Shown here: in pieces, positions 12,100 to 26,500 of the stretch | Position numbering within the stretch: the first letter of the stretch is position 1 | How the letters are laid out: each line of letters opens with the position of its first letter | NCBI GenBank assembly: GCA_950097015.1 | Contig: CATNEN010000008.1 | Coordinates: forward strand, 3,162,001 to 3,226,000 | Reading direction: 5' to 3' | DNA: 64,000 nt | Source: Macrostomum hystrix | Taxonomy: Eukaryota > Animalia > Platyhelminthes | Position numbers and translations under genes: made by a program | The notes under the pieces: generated by a model | Told to the model about the DNA's origin: nothing | Databases searched by the model: none | The model's input: only the letters and a program-made list of their open reading frames with translations

Positions 12100-13098
12100 G
12101 GCATAGGCGCGCCACAAAAACTTAAGCAGCTCCTGACGGCAATGCAGCCGGGACGCGGCATCCGCAAACAGCTGGTAACGGCCCGGCACGTGGTAGGCAG
12201 TGACAACCACATTCTGTCGCAGGCAAAGCAGCGCCACAGTCTGTAACAGCCGCAGCAGCTGAGGCTCCCGGGATGAGCCCTTGTTGATAATTGCGCACGC
12301 GGCCGCGATATCACAGTAGACAGCAATGCGGCAGTTGTGCAGCTGATGGCGCCAATGCAGCAAAGCCTACAGAACAGTTGCGGCCTCCTTGTAATCGATG
12401 CAGCATTCATTGAACACGCCGCCAGCATCGGTATCCCACTTGAGGTAGCACCAGTCAGTACCCATCGGGTCACGCAGAACGGCAGCTGCTCCGACGAAGC
12501 CCGCGTCCGTCTCCATACCAACCGGCTCCATCTCCGCTGCTGCATCGCCACCTTCCACCAGCAAAGCGTGCTCCTCAGATGCTCATTCGCCAGCACACGG
12601 TTATTGGGGGGCCTCCAGGTGGTTAATCCGGTCGATCAGGTCACTCAAAACGGCCGGCCGCTCCTGATGACTTGGCAGGCCCAATTCAGCCACCAGCCAT
12701 TGCAGCTCACGCTTGGAGACAAGCCGCCTGGAGCAACAACCATCGATGGAGCACAACAGCTCGTCCACCTTTGCCTCCGGTAAGCTCATCACACCAGACT
12801 GAGTGTTAAACTGAATTTCCAGGAAACCATCTCCTGGCATGGTTGCCTGCTCTTCGCCCAGTCAACACTAAGACCGAGGCTCTGCACCAGCTGAGTGAGC
12901 TCAGTGTAGAAGCGCCAGCAATCCTCCTCGGAGCCCGCAAAGCCAAAGTCGTCCATGTAGACTTCGAAGTTGAAGAACTTGCGCTTCAGCATCATGAAAC
13001 TGATAGCATTGCTGATCTGAAAGAAGCTGCCAACTGAGGCCGCTGCGCCAGCCGGGTGTCCGCCAAGTAGGTCAGCTCGGAATCGCCGTCCAAGGTTG
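12100..13098 (-). mobile_element. DIRS/Ngaro-type retrotransposon RT-RNase H remnant
   Basis: YLADTRL..., VYMDDF (RT catalytic motif), then IAVYCD..A.AIINKGSSR...HVPG....ADAASRL, typical of DIRS-class RNase H. Multiple frameshifts. Confidence 0.8.
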
Positions 13099-13099
13099 A

Positions 13100-13878
13100 T
13101 GCAGGTAGTGTGCAGGTAGTGTGCAGGTAGTGTGCAGGTAGTGTGCAGGTAGTGTGCAGGTAGTGTGCAGGTAGTGTGCAGGTAGTGTGCAGGTAGTGTG
13201 CAGGTAGTGTGCAGGTAGTGTGCAGGTAGTGTGCAGGTAGTGTGCAGGTAGTGTGCAGGTAGTGTGCAGGTAGTGTGCAGGTAGTGTGCAGGTAGTGTGC
13301 AGGTAGTGTGCAGGTAGTGTGCAGGTAGTGTGCAGGTAGTGTGCAGGTAGTGTGCAGGTAGTGTGCAGGTAGTGTGCAGGTAGTGTGCAGGTAGTGTGCA
13401 GGTAGTGTGCAGGTAGTGTGCAGGTAGTGTGCAGGTAGTGTGCAGGTAGTGTGCAGGTAGTGTGCAGGTAGTGTGCAGGTAGTGTGCAGGCAGTGTGCAG
13501 GTAGTGTGCAGGTAGTGTGCAGGTAGTGTGCAGGTAGTGTGCAGGTAGTGTGCAGGTAGTGTGCAGGTAGTGTGCAGGTAGTGTGCAGGTAGTGTGCAGG
13601 TAGTGTGCAGGTAGTGTGCAGGTAGTGTGCAGGCAGTGTGCAGGCAGTGTGCAGGTAGTGTGCAGGTAGTGTGCAGGCAGTGTGCAGGTAGTGTGCAGGT
13701 AGTGTGCAGGTAGTGTGCAGGTAGTGTGCAGGTAGTGTGCAGGTAGTGTGCAGGTAGTGTGCAGGTAGTGTGCAGGTAGTGTGCAGGTAGTGTGCAGGTA
13801 GTGTGCAGGTCGTGTGCAGGTAGTGTGCAGGTAGTGTGCAGGTAGTGTGCAGGTAGTGTGCAGGTAGTGTGCAGGTAG
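13100..13878. repeat. 11-bp array GCAGGTAGTGT abutting the DIRS remnant
   Basis: Direct tandem units; source of the HYLHTTCTLPA ORFs. Confidence 0.95.
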
Positions 13879-13984
13879 TTGCTGGTGCCCCACCCCCCAT
13901 ACAACGCCTCACACCCGGCCCAATGCACAAACACAGACAAGCAGGTATGGAGAAGACATGGGTTAAAGTATTTTTTATTAGCTT

Positions 13985-14120
13985 TGGTTGCACATAATAA
14001 GGTGCATCTCCGCAAGTCACTACTTCGCAAACCCCCAACTAAGCCCCGAAATAGTCGTGACTGGAGGGAGGAACGAACCAGCGACCATTGGAAAGTGAGG
14101 CAGCGACACTAGCCGCTGTT
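13985..14120 (-). mobile_element. tRNA-headed SINE family 2 (second copy 56540-56692)
   Basis: Two similar copies ending GAGGCAGCGAC..TAGCCGCTG; the reverse strand shows A-box- and B-box-like motifs. Confidence 0.5.
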
Positions 14121-14147
14121 CGACTCACCCCCTTAATGGCCCACCAC

Positions 14148-14588
14148 ACTAATGACACACCCAACTCAGGCTAATGACACACCCAACTCAGGCTAATGAC
14201 ACACCCAACTCAGGCTAATGACACACCCAACTCAGGCTAATGACACACCCAACTCAGGCTAATGACACACCCAACTCAGGCTAATGACACACCCAACTCA
14301 GGCTAATGACACACCCAACTCAGGCTAATGACACACCCAACTCAGGCTAATGACACACCCAACTCAGGCTAATGACACACCCAACTCAGGCTAATGACAC
14401 ACCCAACTCAGGCTAATGACACACCCAACTCAGGCTAATGACCCACCCAACTCAGGCTAATGACACACCCAACTCAGGCTAATGACCCACCCAACTCAGG
14501 CTAATGACACACCCAACTCAGGCTAATGACACACCCAACTCAGGCTAATGACACACCCAACTCAGGCTAATGACACACCCAACTCAGG
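14148..14588. repeat. 22-bp array TAATGACACACCCAACTCAGGC
   Basis: Direct tandem units. Confidence 0.95.
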
Positions 14589-16296
14589 CCCAGAGACCGA
14601 GCTAACCACTGAACCCCGAGCTCACTGGAATCGGATACAGAGTTGGAGTAGTTGGATTATCATACAAGCTGGTCAAAATATTTTTTTCAGCGGCCTCCGC
14701 GGATCAGGCTGTCGCCGTCAACTCGAATTTCACTGTGATATGCGAGCTGCACTGCAGCAGCTCACAGCTGTGCTCAAACTCAAGCGGGCTCCAGCTCGGC
14801 CTTCCGAACGGTACCTGCATTGCAGAACACAATATAGCAGTGGCTCGAGCACTCCCTGAGCACTCTGGAAATTACTCTTGCTGCCTCGGCTCTGTGCAGA
14901 CGCAGACCCCAGTCACCGTGCTGTGAGTGAGCATCCAGAATTTTTCTGTTATTTACTCCTCAAAACAAATATTTCAGCAGCAATTTATGACAGCACTTCA
15001 AAATTTTGCAGCTGACGGCTCTGAACCTTTCTATTGCAGCTCCGAGTGCCGTCAACTGAGCCTTCAGCAGCCGGGCTCAGCCTGAGCTCAGGCATTCAGG
15101 ACAAATCTAAAGTGTCACCTGATGTGTTTCGTCCTGTCATTGAGGTGAGTCAATGAGTCACTTAGACTTCAGCGAACAAACAGGGACTGTCCTGTCCAAG
15201 AAAAATGCCACGTTGCTTATTCATAAATCTCACTTTTAATGGTCACTTGTCAGCATTTTTTTTAGTTTTTCTCCGAAACTGAATGAGTGCTCAAGGCTGC
15301 TCTGATTTCAGACAACCAGCGGCTTCGAGTCCGAGTTCTGCTACTTGACTGTGTGCAAACCAGCGACTGCTGCTGCTGCTGCTGCTGCTGCGGGGGGGGC
15401 AGGACACAGACAGCGACTGCTGCACCGAGTACATTGAGATTGTTGCTGTGGGCGACTGAGAGTTTCGTGATCAGCCAGAGATGGGTTTGAGACTGCTTGC
15501 AGTGCAGCTATTCCGCATAAATGTTTATTGTTAACATATATCTTACTATATTTTATATTACTAGTTACTTATGACTATTATTATTAGTTACTATTATACT
15601 GCATATATTTCTATCGATTATTAATGACAATAGGGCATACTGATGACAGATATTTGGGCATACCTTTGCAATGCATTAAGGCGCAGCCCTTATTGAATTA
15701 TTCGATCATTATGCGAGACCTTGGTTGTCTGCTGCCTTCCCAAACACCTGATTAATTAGTTAGATCCCGAATTTCTCCTGTCCTCCCCCAGATAGGGAAG
15801 TAATTGCGAGTTAACATGACTGAAACTTTTTATAACACGTCAACGGCTACCAGGGTCGTTACCATTTTTATGCTCTCTCAGTCCGCATCACAAGCTTAAA
15901 TTTACAAGCTATTTATAGTTTTTATGTACGAAGTGCTCATTCAGGTACTGACGACAGAAAAGTTTTGAAAATATTTATTACTCAAGGAGAAGGCAGGCCA
16001 CATTGCTGGTCTTGCCTTGTGGGAAATTATTTAAAAACAATATTTACTTGCTCGGCTTTTTAACACTTTTATTCTGCATCTATTCCAGTTTTCTGTGTAT
16101 GAAACTCATCATGCAATTGTCCCTTATTTCGCTGCTTGTGGATACTGTAGAGTGTAGACAAATATATTGTGTAATACAATAGAAAACATTGTTTGATTTA
16201 TAACACAAGTATCTGGACAGTTGTGGCATAAACTTTTAATGATTGTTTAGTAATGAACCACCTTAGCCATATTGGCTTCACTCTACCGCTATCTCC

Positions 16297-16945
16297 AGGA
16301 AACCCGAAACTCCACGAAACCCGAAACTCTACGAAACCCGAAACTCCACGAAACCCGAAACTCCAAGAAACCCGAAACTCCATGAAACCCGAAACTCTAC
16401 GAAACCCGAAACTCCACGAAACCCGAAACTCTACGAAACCCGAAACTCCACGAAACCCGAAACTCCAAGAAACCCGAAACTCCATGAAACCCGAAACTCT
16501 ACGAAACCCGAAACTCCACGAAACCCGAAACTCTACGAAACCCGAAACTCCACAATACCCGAAACTCCACAATACCCGAAACTCCACAATACCCGAAACT
16601 CCACGAAACCCGAAACTCCATGAAACCCGAAACTCCAAGAAACCCGAAACTCCACGAAACCCGAAACTCTACGAAACCCGAAACTCCACGAAACCCGAAA
16701 CTCTACGAAACCCGAAACTCTACGAAACCCGAAACTCCATGAAACCCGAAACTCCAAGAAACCCGAAACTCCATGAAACCCGAAACTCTACGAAACCCGA
16801 AACTCCACGAAACCCGAAACTCTACGAAACCCGAAACTCCACAATACCCGAAACTCCACAATACCCGAAACTCCACAATACCCGAAACTCCACGAAACCC
16901 GAAACTTTACGAAACCCGAAACTTCATGAAACCCGAAACTCTACA
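16297..16945. repeat. 17-bp array GAAACCCGAAACTC(C/T)AC
   Basis: Direct tandem units. Confidence 0.95.
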
Positions 16946-17571
16946 AAACTAAAATCTGTGATGACTGAAGTCATCAGGGGTTCGAGGTTCCAATTCTTTT
17001 GTGGCGAAACCGTGGGCAGATGGCTCAGGGGTTGTCTTGCAATATTCGCCCTCGAATGCAAAACCCCAAAGCGCAGCGATCAGTACACTGCCTGAGACAC
17101 GGGTAACCATGCTATTCAAACTCCTTGGAAACCTTGAAAAATGTTATTTTGATCGCCATTCCAGCACTGGAAGGTTAGAAAATCTTCTACTTTCTTCTGG
17201 CCCCATTGTTTACATGCAACTCTAGCATCCTTAATATTTCGATGATTGTCCTGCGTTCTGTGTGACTCGGGGGTTAGTAGATGGACTTCCGGTGCATCTG
17301 GTGTGTCGAGTTTGGACGTCTCGTCAGTCCGCTGAGATACCTAAACCCGGCAACTGTGGTCAATTAATAGCAACACCTGTGTGCGACCAGGCTGCAGTGC
17401 GCGTGCATCTGACAGGGTTTGTTTATGCAATGGAGACCATCGCACAGTGTAGAATGCAAGATAAGCTATTGCTGAAGCTTCAACTGAACATAATTAATCA
17501 AACTAAACATTTAGAAACTGCAAGGCTGGCAATGAGAGTCTGATGTTCTCTGCCATTGATTTGCTGAATCC

Positions 17572-20500
17572 ATGCCGACATTGCCGTTGATTCTCCTTCT
17601 GCTGGGATCTGTGTGTGCCGGAGCTGCTGCAGACTGTGAGTCTATTCTCAGATGGGGATTACTGGAGTACTAACCAGCTGGTAAAAACTAAAAACCCCAA
17701 CGAACATTCAGGTGAGTTCCCGATCCGCAGAAGCCGCGTGCTGAGCTCCTGGCAATCATCATTTTATGATAGGCCCACCTGCTTCTACAACAGAAGCCAT
17801 GAAGATGAGGAAAACACTGTGAGAAATACTGCTTCCAGCTACAGGTTCTTCCACAGCGCCGATAAGAGCCGAGCAGACGGAGGATTTCATTGGTTCGCAG
17901 TGCAGCTGAATGAGTCAGTGCTCATCAGATCGGTCACTGTGAAGGGCAGAGAGGGTGAGTTGCTGTCACTGGCTGTCGCTCTGTGCAAGCTGGCTGCACG
18001 GACAGCTCTCCCATTGCAGATGGTGCAGCTGACACTTACTTAAGAGCCGTGGGCATCGAGATCTGGACCTCCAACAGCACCAGCGCTTTGTTCTCGGGAG
18101 AGCACTGCAGCTCAAGGAACATGAACACACAGTTCAATGGAACGCGGGACAAGTGGAGCCGGTGCGGTACGACAGTGAATAAAACAGCGATTGCACCTGG
18201 CGAGAACTTCACCGTCAGCTGTGCTGCTGAGGCAAGTAGAAATGGGTAAACTGCATTGTGTTCTGGTCTTTTGTTGGTTCAGATTTCGTAATGATGATGA
18301 CTTTGATGAAAGTAATGTTTGATGAAAAATTTTCTACAATATATTTTTTGTTTTCTTTCTGTTTAGGTGCCCGTTAAAACTCATTCGGCCTAATAAAATA
18401 TTCTAAAGCCCAACTGAAGGGTCAAGTCTTTGCTTCATTGTTTGTTGAATTTCTCATTTGGCCCCTTTGTGTGTGCATTTTTACCTTTAAAGTGACATGA
18501 ATGCTTGTCTTGCACGTCAATATATGCCGGAAAAAAACTGTCAATTCAGCAAGAACAAAATCGTTGCTCGAAAGCCCTCCCTTCAAAATCCCTCCCTACA
18601 AAAGCCCTCCCTTCAAAATCCCTCCATTCAAAAGCCCTCCCTACAAAATCCCTCCCTACAAAAGCCCTCCCTTCAAAAGCCCTCCCTTCAAAATCCCTCC
18701 CTACAAATTCCCTCCCTACAAATGCCCTCCCTTCAAAAGCCCTCCCTTCAAAAGCCCTCCCTTCAAAAGCTCTCCCTACAAAAGCCCTCCCTTCAAAAGC
18801 CCTCCCTTAAAAAGCCCTCCCTTCAAAATCCCTCCCTACAAAAGCCCTCCCTACAAAAGCCCTCCCTACAAAAGCGGTCCCTTCAAAATCCCTCCCTTCA
18901 AAATCCCTCCCTACAAAAGCCCTCCCTACAAAAGCCCTCCCTACAAAAGTCCTCCCTTCAAAAGCGCTCCCTATGGGTCCCATTTTTATTTTTAGCCAAT
19001 AAAGTTGTCCAGCGCAATTAAACATTCTTTACTTTTCAAGGTTCGCCACTTGATTCTCAGGCGAATCGCAACTGATGCCCTGGTTGGGGATCACATGAGT
19101 TTCGCTGATCTCATTCTGAACACGGTAAAGCTGGGTGAGTAATACTTTGAATCCTGAGCAGTCTAATGAGACTCCAAATCAGATATCTTTCTGGTAAACC
19201 TAGTTTTAATGAGTGAATGGTTGCTAGGAGACGCTTAACAGTGGAAAGACCAAGCTGACCAAACCAATAAATTAAAAAATATATTTTTTACGCTATTTTA
19301 CAAGACCACGGGGGAATATCAAATACCCACTGCCTACTTCACGATTTGCTCCCAATCCGAATGCCCGATTTTTCGTGAAAGTCCACCATCTGGATCAAAA
19401 TTTACGATGAAATAAGATAATTCTGAACTATAATCAAGCATTCCAACTATGGGCCTCAGGGCAGTGGCTTTTTTATCTAGCTTTAAGTATGCTTTCTATG
19501 AAGTCCACAAAAATTTCTGTTAATTCTGTGCTGTCCTGTGTCACTAAATACACAATTTTGTCATCAGCTGTTAGGCTTTCGAAAATACGAACAATACCTG
19601 CCACTTTCTCTATGTATTTATTTCTAATTGGAACATAAACGGACCAATCGCATCTAAAGAGAATACGAATTTCGTTCTCTACCTCGACTCTACATTTTGG
19701 ACATGTTCTGTTTTCACACGCGATTTTCGGTCTTACAGTGCGCAATGTCACACTGGCCAGTTTGTGGTCTCCTAGACGAAATCGGGACATTGTGCGCCTT
19801 TGTTCTGGATCTCTGGAGAAATCTTTCTTTAACGTGTAATAGAAGTGGCTGAGCTTGGCTGACTTTCCCATCCTCTGAGTCCAGTGCCTTCGGAACTCTG
19901 ACTCAAAGTTCTCCCTGTGCGTTTTGATGGACTTTGTTTTTCTAGTCTGTTGACAATTCCGCATTACTTCACTAGTCATTTTTCCCCGATGCCAACATCG
20001 CTGTATTCTGTATCTGCCACCAATTTCGCGATGATGGAGTCTGGTCGGCTCCGAACTGAGGACCAGTATTGAAGGCTTCTTTTTTGAATACTATATAATA
20101 GTGGTAGTCTTCCTAATTCGGACCGAGCACCATTGCTGTCAGTGTTTGGACTGTCCGATCTATAAGGTTCCGATCCCAAGTACCCAGTTTCCAGGAGACA
20201 AAAGCTCCCCAGGCCTCTGATGCATAGATCAGAGTCAATGCATTTCTACTGTAAACACAGCCAGCAATTACTCAACTGGAACTGTGCATTCCAGAGCTCT
20301 CAGCGCCTGGCATTGTGACAGGAGACTCCGCCGTCAACGTGAGCTGCTCGCTGAGCTGTCCGAGATCTGGTCTGGTGCAGCTGTGCAGTCCTAGCGGGAA
20401 CTGCTCAACTGCTCAATCAACGGTCACCGCCCTTGCGGATCGTGTAGACTCTGGGAAGTACACCTGCAATTATAGCTCAATTAGCAAGTCAGCAACTGTG

Positions 20501-23500
20501 CTGCACCTGTGTGAGTCTCGCATTGCTTCAATTGCTTTTCACTAATTAATCTTACTCGAAATTGTTCGTGTGTCGCCCGATGATCTTTTCTAAATGTAGC
20601 AAATTGTTTGCAGACACATGCAGCTCAAATGATCACAAACACTGGACAGGGAATTTCGGCAAAGAAATGTGCTTTGAGTTGAAATATTGGTCAACAAGAG
20701 TACTGAAAAAACTGAAAACAATATTCAACTTAAGTTGTTGCTCTGGGTTTACAACTGTGTTTTTTGACAGTAGAACGACCTCGCTATTTCCCCACTGGCA
20801 AAATACTACAAGGGAAATTTCCAATAGCCACTTCAGGATAGCTCCCAAACCATCGACAATACAATGCTTCGGCATTCTGGAAGTTGTCTCATCGGATAGA
20901 GTAAGGGAGATAAAGGAATAAAATAAAAATGTGGGTATTCATTCTAGCTACAAATCTCAGCCATTTACCAATCGTGGCCTGCTTGATAAATTTTAGGCGA
21001 CTTTCGAGTTAGGAAGAAGCACACTACCAGCGCATGGCAGTCCTCCAGCTTCCTGAACTCGTGCTTCCACAACAAAAGCGAGTCTTTGGAATCAGAGGAG
21101 TTGAATGATAAAGCAAAAAGTTATAACTTTTTCCACAGTGAAGGCAAAAGCCAATCACGCAGCGGGTTTCACTGGTTCGCTGTGAAGCTTCGAAAGCCAG
21201 TGCTTGTCAGATCGGTAACTGTGAAGGGCAGAGAGGGTGAGTCACATTCTCTTTTGTGCTCAGAGATCTAGTCTCAAAACACTAAGAATGCCACTTTGAG
21301 ACGATTGAGCAGGTCTGGCTTCTCAATTGCAGATGACAAAAACTGTACCTATGCCAGAGCCAAAGACATTGAAGTGTTCGTGTCGAACCGCAGCAGTCAA
21401 ATCTTCTTCGGTGACCACTGCAGCTCCACAAGCATCAGCGCTGAGTTTCACAACTCCCTGAGTGACTGGACGCGATGCGGCAAGACTCAGAAGGAGGGAG
21501 CCATCTCAGCCGGTGAAATTTTCACCGTGGACTGCGCCAGTCAGGTGGGGAAATGCTGAAATCAGCAATGTCATGCAGACCAAGAATGATGGCCTTCACT
21601 CCGTTTCAGGGCACTGAGGAGTCCGCATTTCTGGTTTGGCATTTGCTGCTCAGAAGAAATGCATCGGAAGACGACGGCTACATGAGCTTCGCAGACCTCG
21701 GCCTTCAGACTCTGTCCTTGAGTAACCAGCTTTTGTACTGGCATTGCATGAGTTCATTCGGCAGTTTTTGGAGATGCAGCAGGGAACTGGCATTGCATGA
21801 GTTCATTCGGCAGTTTTTTCGGAGATGCAGCAGGGAACTGGCATTGCATGAGTTCATTTGGCAGTTTTTGGAGAACTGGCATTGCATGAGTACATTCGGC
21901 AGTTTTTGGAGATGCAGCAGGGAACTGGCATTGCATGAGTTCATTCGGCAGTTTTTTCGGAGATGCAGCAGGGAACTGGCATTGCATGAGTTCATTTGGC
22001 AGTTTTTGGAGAACTGGCATTGCATGAGTACATTCGGCAGTTTTTGGAGATGCAGCAGGGAACTGGCATTGCATGAGTTCATTCGGCAGTTTTTGGAGAA
22101 CTGGCATTGCATGAGTTCATTCGGCAGGTTTTGGAGATGCAGCAGGGAACTGGCATTGCATGAGTTCATTCGGCAGGTTTTGGAGATGCAGCAGGGAACT
22201 GGCATTGCATGAGTTCATTCGGCAGGTTTTGGAGATGCAGCAGGGAACTGGCATTGCATGAGTTCATTCGGCAGGTTTTGGAGATGTAGCAGGGAACTGG
22301 CATTGCATGAGTTCATTCGGCAGGTTTTGGAGATGCAGCAGGGAAATGGCATTGCATGAGTTCATTCGAAAACGCCATCCGCCTTCCAGGGGCGGAGAGT
22401 CCTGAGCTGGTGGCTGAGAACTCCAGCTTCACAGTGAGCTGCTCAAGGCGCTGCACCGGCTCGCAGCAGCTGAGCACGAGCTCAAGCGACCTGCGGCTCT
22501 GCCCTCCGAACGGCAGCTGCGTCTCTGAGAACCGGCTGGAAGTTGCTCAAGCTCAGCCTGGGGACTCAGGAGTCTACACTTGCAGGGCTGGTCCACTGGC
22601 GATGCCGACTGCCGTCACCGTTCTGAGTGAGTGCTCACATTTTCAGATGAGTACTCTTTAAAGTGCTGTTTTGAGATTATGGATAACATTTACATTCTCG
22701 AGCCCCGCCTCTCCAGCTTCCACTCCCCATCAAGTGGTCGCTGAGAACTCCAGTCTCAGTCTGAGCTGCTCTCTGCACTGCGGTAATGCAACTCATTGTG
22801 CTGACTTTGGTCCACTCGGGCGACCGCGGCTGTGCTCTCCTAGCAACAGCTGCATCGATGACGCCACGCTCCGGATCGATGCCGTGGCTGCAGCCCAGTC
22901 AGGGAGCTATGAGTGCAGACTGGACTCAGCAGTCGCTGTGAGCCGTGTCAGTGTGCTCAGTGAGTGAACTCTATTTACAATGCATTTTACCTGTGGTACA
23001 GTGCGCATAGAAACTCACTGGCCGTCCGCAGCTCTGACTCCGGATCAAGTTGTTGCCGAGAAGTCGAGTCTGAGACTGGACTGCGTGCTGCACTTCAAGG
23101 ACACTGCCGACTCCCAGAAGCTTCTGCAGCTCTTCTTTCCTAACGGCAGCCTTGATCCAGGCTCCTCAATCAGCATAGCTAGGGCTCGACCCTCACACTC
23201 CGGCTTGTACCGATGCAGGCATCAGTCAGTTGAAGTTGGATCGTTTGTCACCGTGCTGTGTAAGCTTCATCACCTTCTCCTGACTTTCAGAATAGAACTG
23301 ACTGCTCACAATCCAAGGCCTTCATATCCCTAACCAATATTTCACCTTCATCACCTTCTCCTGACTTTCAGAATAGAACTGACTGCTCACAGTCCAAGGC
23401 CTTCATATCCCTAACCAATATTTCAGCTTCATCACCTTCTCCTGACTTTCAGAATAGAACTGACTGCTCACAGTCCAAGGCCTTCATATCCTTAACCAAT

Positions 23501-26500
23501 ATTTCAGCTTCATCACCTTCTCCTGACTTTCAGAATAGAACTGACTGCTCACAATCCAAGGCCTTCATATCCTTAACCAATATTTCAGCTTCATCACCTT
23601 CTCCTGACTTTCAGAATAGAACTGACTGCTCACAGCCCAAGGCCTTCATATCCTTAACCAATATTTCAGCTTCATCACCTTCTCCTGACTTTCAGAATAG
23701 AACTGACTGCTCACAGTCCAAGGACTTCATATCCCTAACCAATATTTCAGCTTCATCACCTTCTCCTGACTTTCAGAATAGAACTGACTGCTCACAGCCC
23801 AAGGCCTTCATATCCTTAACCAATATTTCAGCTTCGTCACCTTCTCCTGACTTTCAGAATAGAACTGACTGCTCACAGCCCAAGGCCTTCATATCCCTAA
23901 CCAATATTTCAGCTTCGTCACCTTCTCCTGACTTTTAGAATAGAACTGACTGCTCACAGCCCAAGGCCTTCATATCCTTAACCAATATTTCAGCTTCGTC
24001 ACCTTCTCCTGACTTTCAGAATAGAACTGACTGCTCACAGCCCAAGGCCTTCATATCCCTAACCAATATTTCAGCTTCGTCACCTTCTCCTGACTTTTAG
24101 AATAGAACTGACTGCTCACAGCCCAAGGCCTTCATATCCTTAACCAATATTTCAGCTTCGTCACCTTCTCCTGACTTTCAGAATAGAACTGACTGCTCAC
24201 AGCCCAAGCCCTTCATATCCCTAACCAAAATTTCAGCTTCGTCACCTTCTCCTGACTTTCAGAATAGAACTGAATGCTCACAGCCCAAGGCCTTCATATC
24301 CTTAACCAATATTTCAGCTTCATCGCCAGACCAACTGTTGCCTGTGAGCAGCCAGTTCTCGGTGAGGTGCTCACTGCACTGCAATGCCTCGGATCTGAGC
24401 TGCAACTCGAGTCATCTGCAGCTGTGCCCTCCGACTGGCAGCTGCGTCCGAGGCCAGCTGCTGAATGTCACGAATGCGCAGCCCTGGCACTCCGGCAACT
24501 ACAGTTGCAGATTCGGCAGGGCGGTGAAGTCAGCTTCAGTCTCAGTTGTGTGTGAGTAGCCATTCTGTTAAGAATTCGTTCAAGGCCGTTTCGTATCAAG
24601 CGAACATCTCGCCATGCTTTCTGGTGCACTTTTCAGTGACAAAAACTTTTCTATCCTAATTTAAACTGCAGGTAAATTCGCGATCCGCAGAAGCCGCATA
24701 TTGGCATCTTGGCAGTCATCCTACTTTACAGATCAGTCTCACACTTCCACTTGTTTTCATCCCCGAGATGCAGAGGTGGATAGACAAGCTGTGGGCAACT
24801 GGTGGTTCTTCCACAGCTCTGAGCAGAGCCAAGCAGACGGAGGATTTCACTGGTTCGCAGTGCAGCTGGCTGAGCCAGTTCTCATCAGATCAGTCACTGT
24901 GGTGGGCAGAAGTGGTGAGTGAAAGTCTACACAATGTCACCATTGCCTTTTTCTAATCAAAGAAGATCTTCAAGTGATCTTCAGAAAGTAAAATTAGTGA
25001 AATAGAAATTTTATTAGTTTCGCTGAATGCAATTAAAGAAAGATTTGAGCAGTTAATGAGGGACTCAGATTTTTAATTAAGGACTACAAAACTAGTTTGA
25101 GTGTTGTCAAGCATAATTATTTAATGCGCGGGCCAATAGGGATGCTGTTTTCTACTTCTTTAATAAAACAACATTGCGATATTTTCGGATTTCGAGACAA
25201 CAAGAAGGACCAAGTAGTTAGCTAGTACTGGTAGTAGTATGAGTTAGTTAGTAGTTAGTCTATTCCAGTAGTCCTTGGTCAATAAATGAAGGTTGTGGAG
25301 TTGGGTCGAAGCAACTCGAAACGAACTCGGAATTTCAGATGCCGGTGAGCATCACGATGCCTACAAGAGAGTACTGAGCATAGAAATCTTCACTTCAAGC
25401 AGCAGCAGGGCCATCTTCTCTGGCGACCACTGCGCCTCGAAGAACATGAGCAGACTGTTCAATGAGTCTAGTAGTCTCTGGAGACCATGCGGCCAGACTC
25501 GGAAGGAAGGGACAATCTCACCAGGTGAAATCTTCACTGTCAGCTGCGTTGCTGAGGTGAGTGAGTGAGTGAAGCACTGCCAATTAATTATTGCAGACAC
25601 ACCGGTGAATGAATCTCTGAACTGCAGGTGCGACAGCTGCTTTTGAGACGGGCTGCGAATGCGAAAGCTGAGAACGATCAATACATGAACTTTGCGGACC
25701 TCATAGTTGAGACAGGATCTATAAGTAATTAATCATTTCATTTTTTTCTTTGCCTTGCCTAAATTTTCAGTTGAGTTAGCTTTGATACTGTCTATGCAAT
25801 TGGATTGAGTTAGCTTTGATAGTGTCTATGCAATTGGATTGAGTTAGCTTTGATAGTGTCTATGCAATTGGATTGAGTTAGCTTTGATAGTGTCTATGCA
25901 ATTGGATTGAGTTAGCTTTGATAGTGTCTATGCAATTGGATTGAGTTAGCTGATTTAGTGTCTATGCAATTGGATTGAGTTAGTTTTGATAGTGTCTATG
26001 CAATTGGATTGAGTTAGCTTTGATACTGTCTATGCAATTGGATTGAGTTAGCTTTGATAGTGTCTATGCAATTGGATTGAGTTAGCTTTGATAGTGTCTA
26101 TGCAATTGGATTGAGTTAGCTTTGATACTGTCTATGCAATTGGATTGAGTTAGCTTTGATACTGTCTATGCAATTGGATTGAGTTAGCTTTGATAGTGTC
26201 TATGCAATTGGATTGAGTTAGCTTTGATAGTGTCTATGCAATTGGATTGAGTTAGCTTTGATACTGTCTATGCAATTGGATTGAGTTAGCTTTGATACTG
26301 TCTATGCAATTGGATTGAGTTAGCTTTGATAGTGTCTATGCAATTGGATTGAGTTAGCTGATTTAGTGTCTATGCAATTGGATTGAGTTAGCTTTGATAC
26401 TGTCTATGCCATTGGATTGAGTTAGATTTGATAGTGTCTATGCAATTGGATTGAGTTAGCTGATTTAGTGTCTATGCAATTGGATTGAGTTAGTTTTGAT

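Larger units (their letters stand above)
8791..15459 (+). pseudogene. G3: disrupted FTLD-Ig receptor with class B tail, TE-laden, no TM or SP exon found
   Basis: FTLD exon A 8791-9013 has a frameshift near 8840 and a 19-nt deletion at 8995/8996 relative to G4. Exons B 9086-9279 and C 9362-9455 are intact. Ig exon 14691-14926 ends in TGA (donor 2 nt short). Cytoplasmic exon 15040-15144. Tail exon 15312-15459 SEFCYLTV...DSDCCTEYIEIVAVGD* needs a 1-nt correction in the G8 run at 15392-15399. Confidence 0.7.

Noticed and set aside
12789-14038. Long ORFs of repeated HYLHTTCTLPA
   Set aside because: Read-through of an 11-bp tandem array, open in several frames; not a gene.
18497-19021. Extensin-like KSPPY/SPPF repeat protein
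   Set aside because: 15-bp array inside a G4 intron bounded by consistent splice sites; open in three frames.
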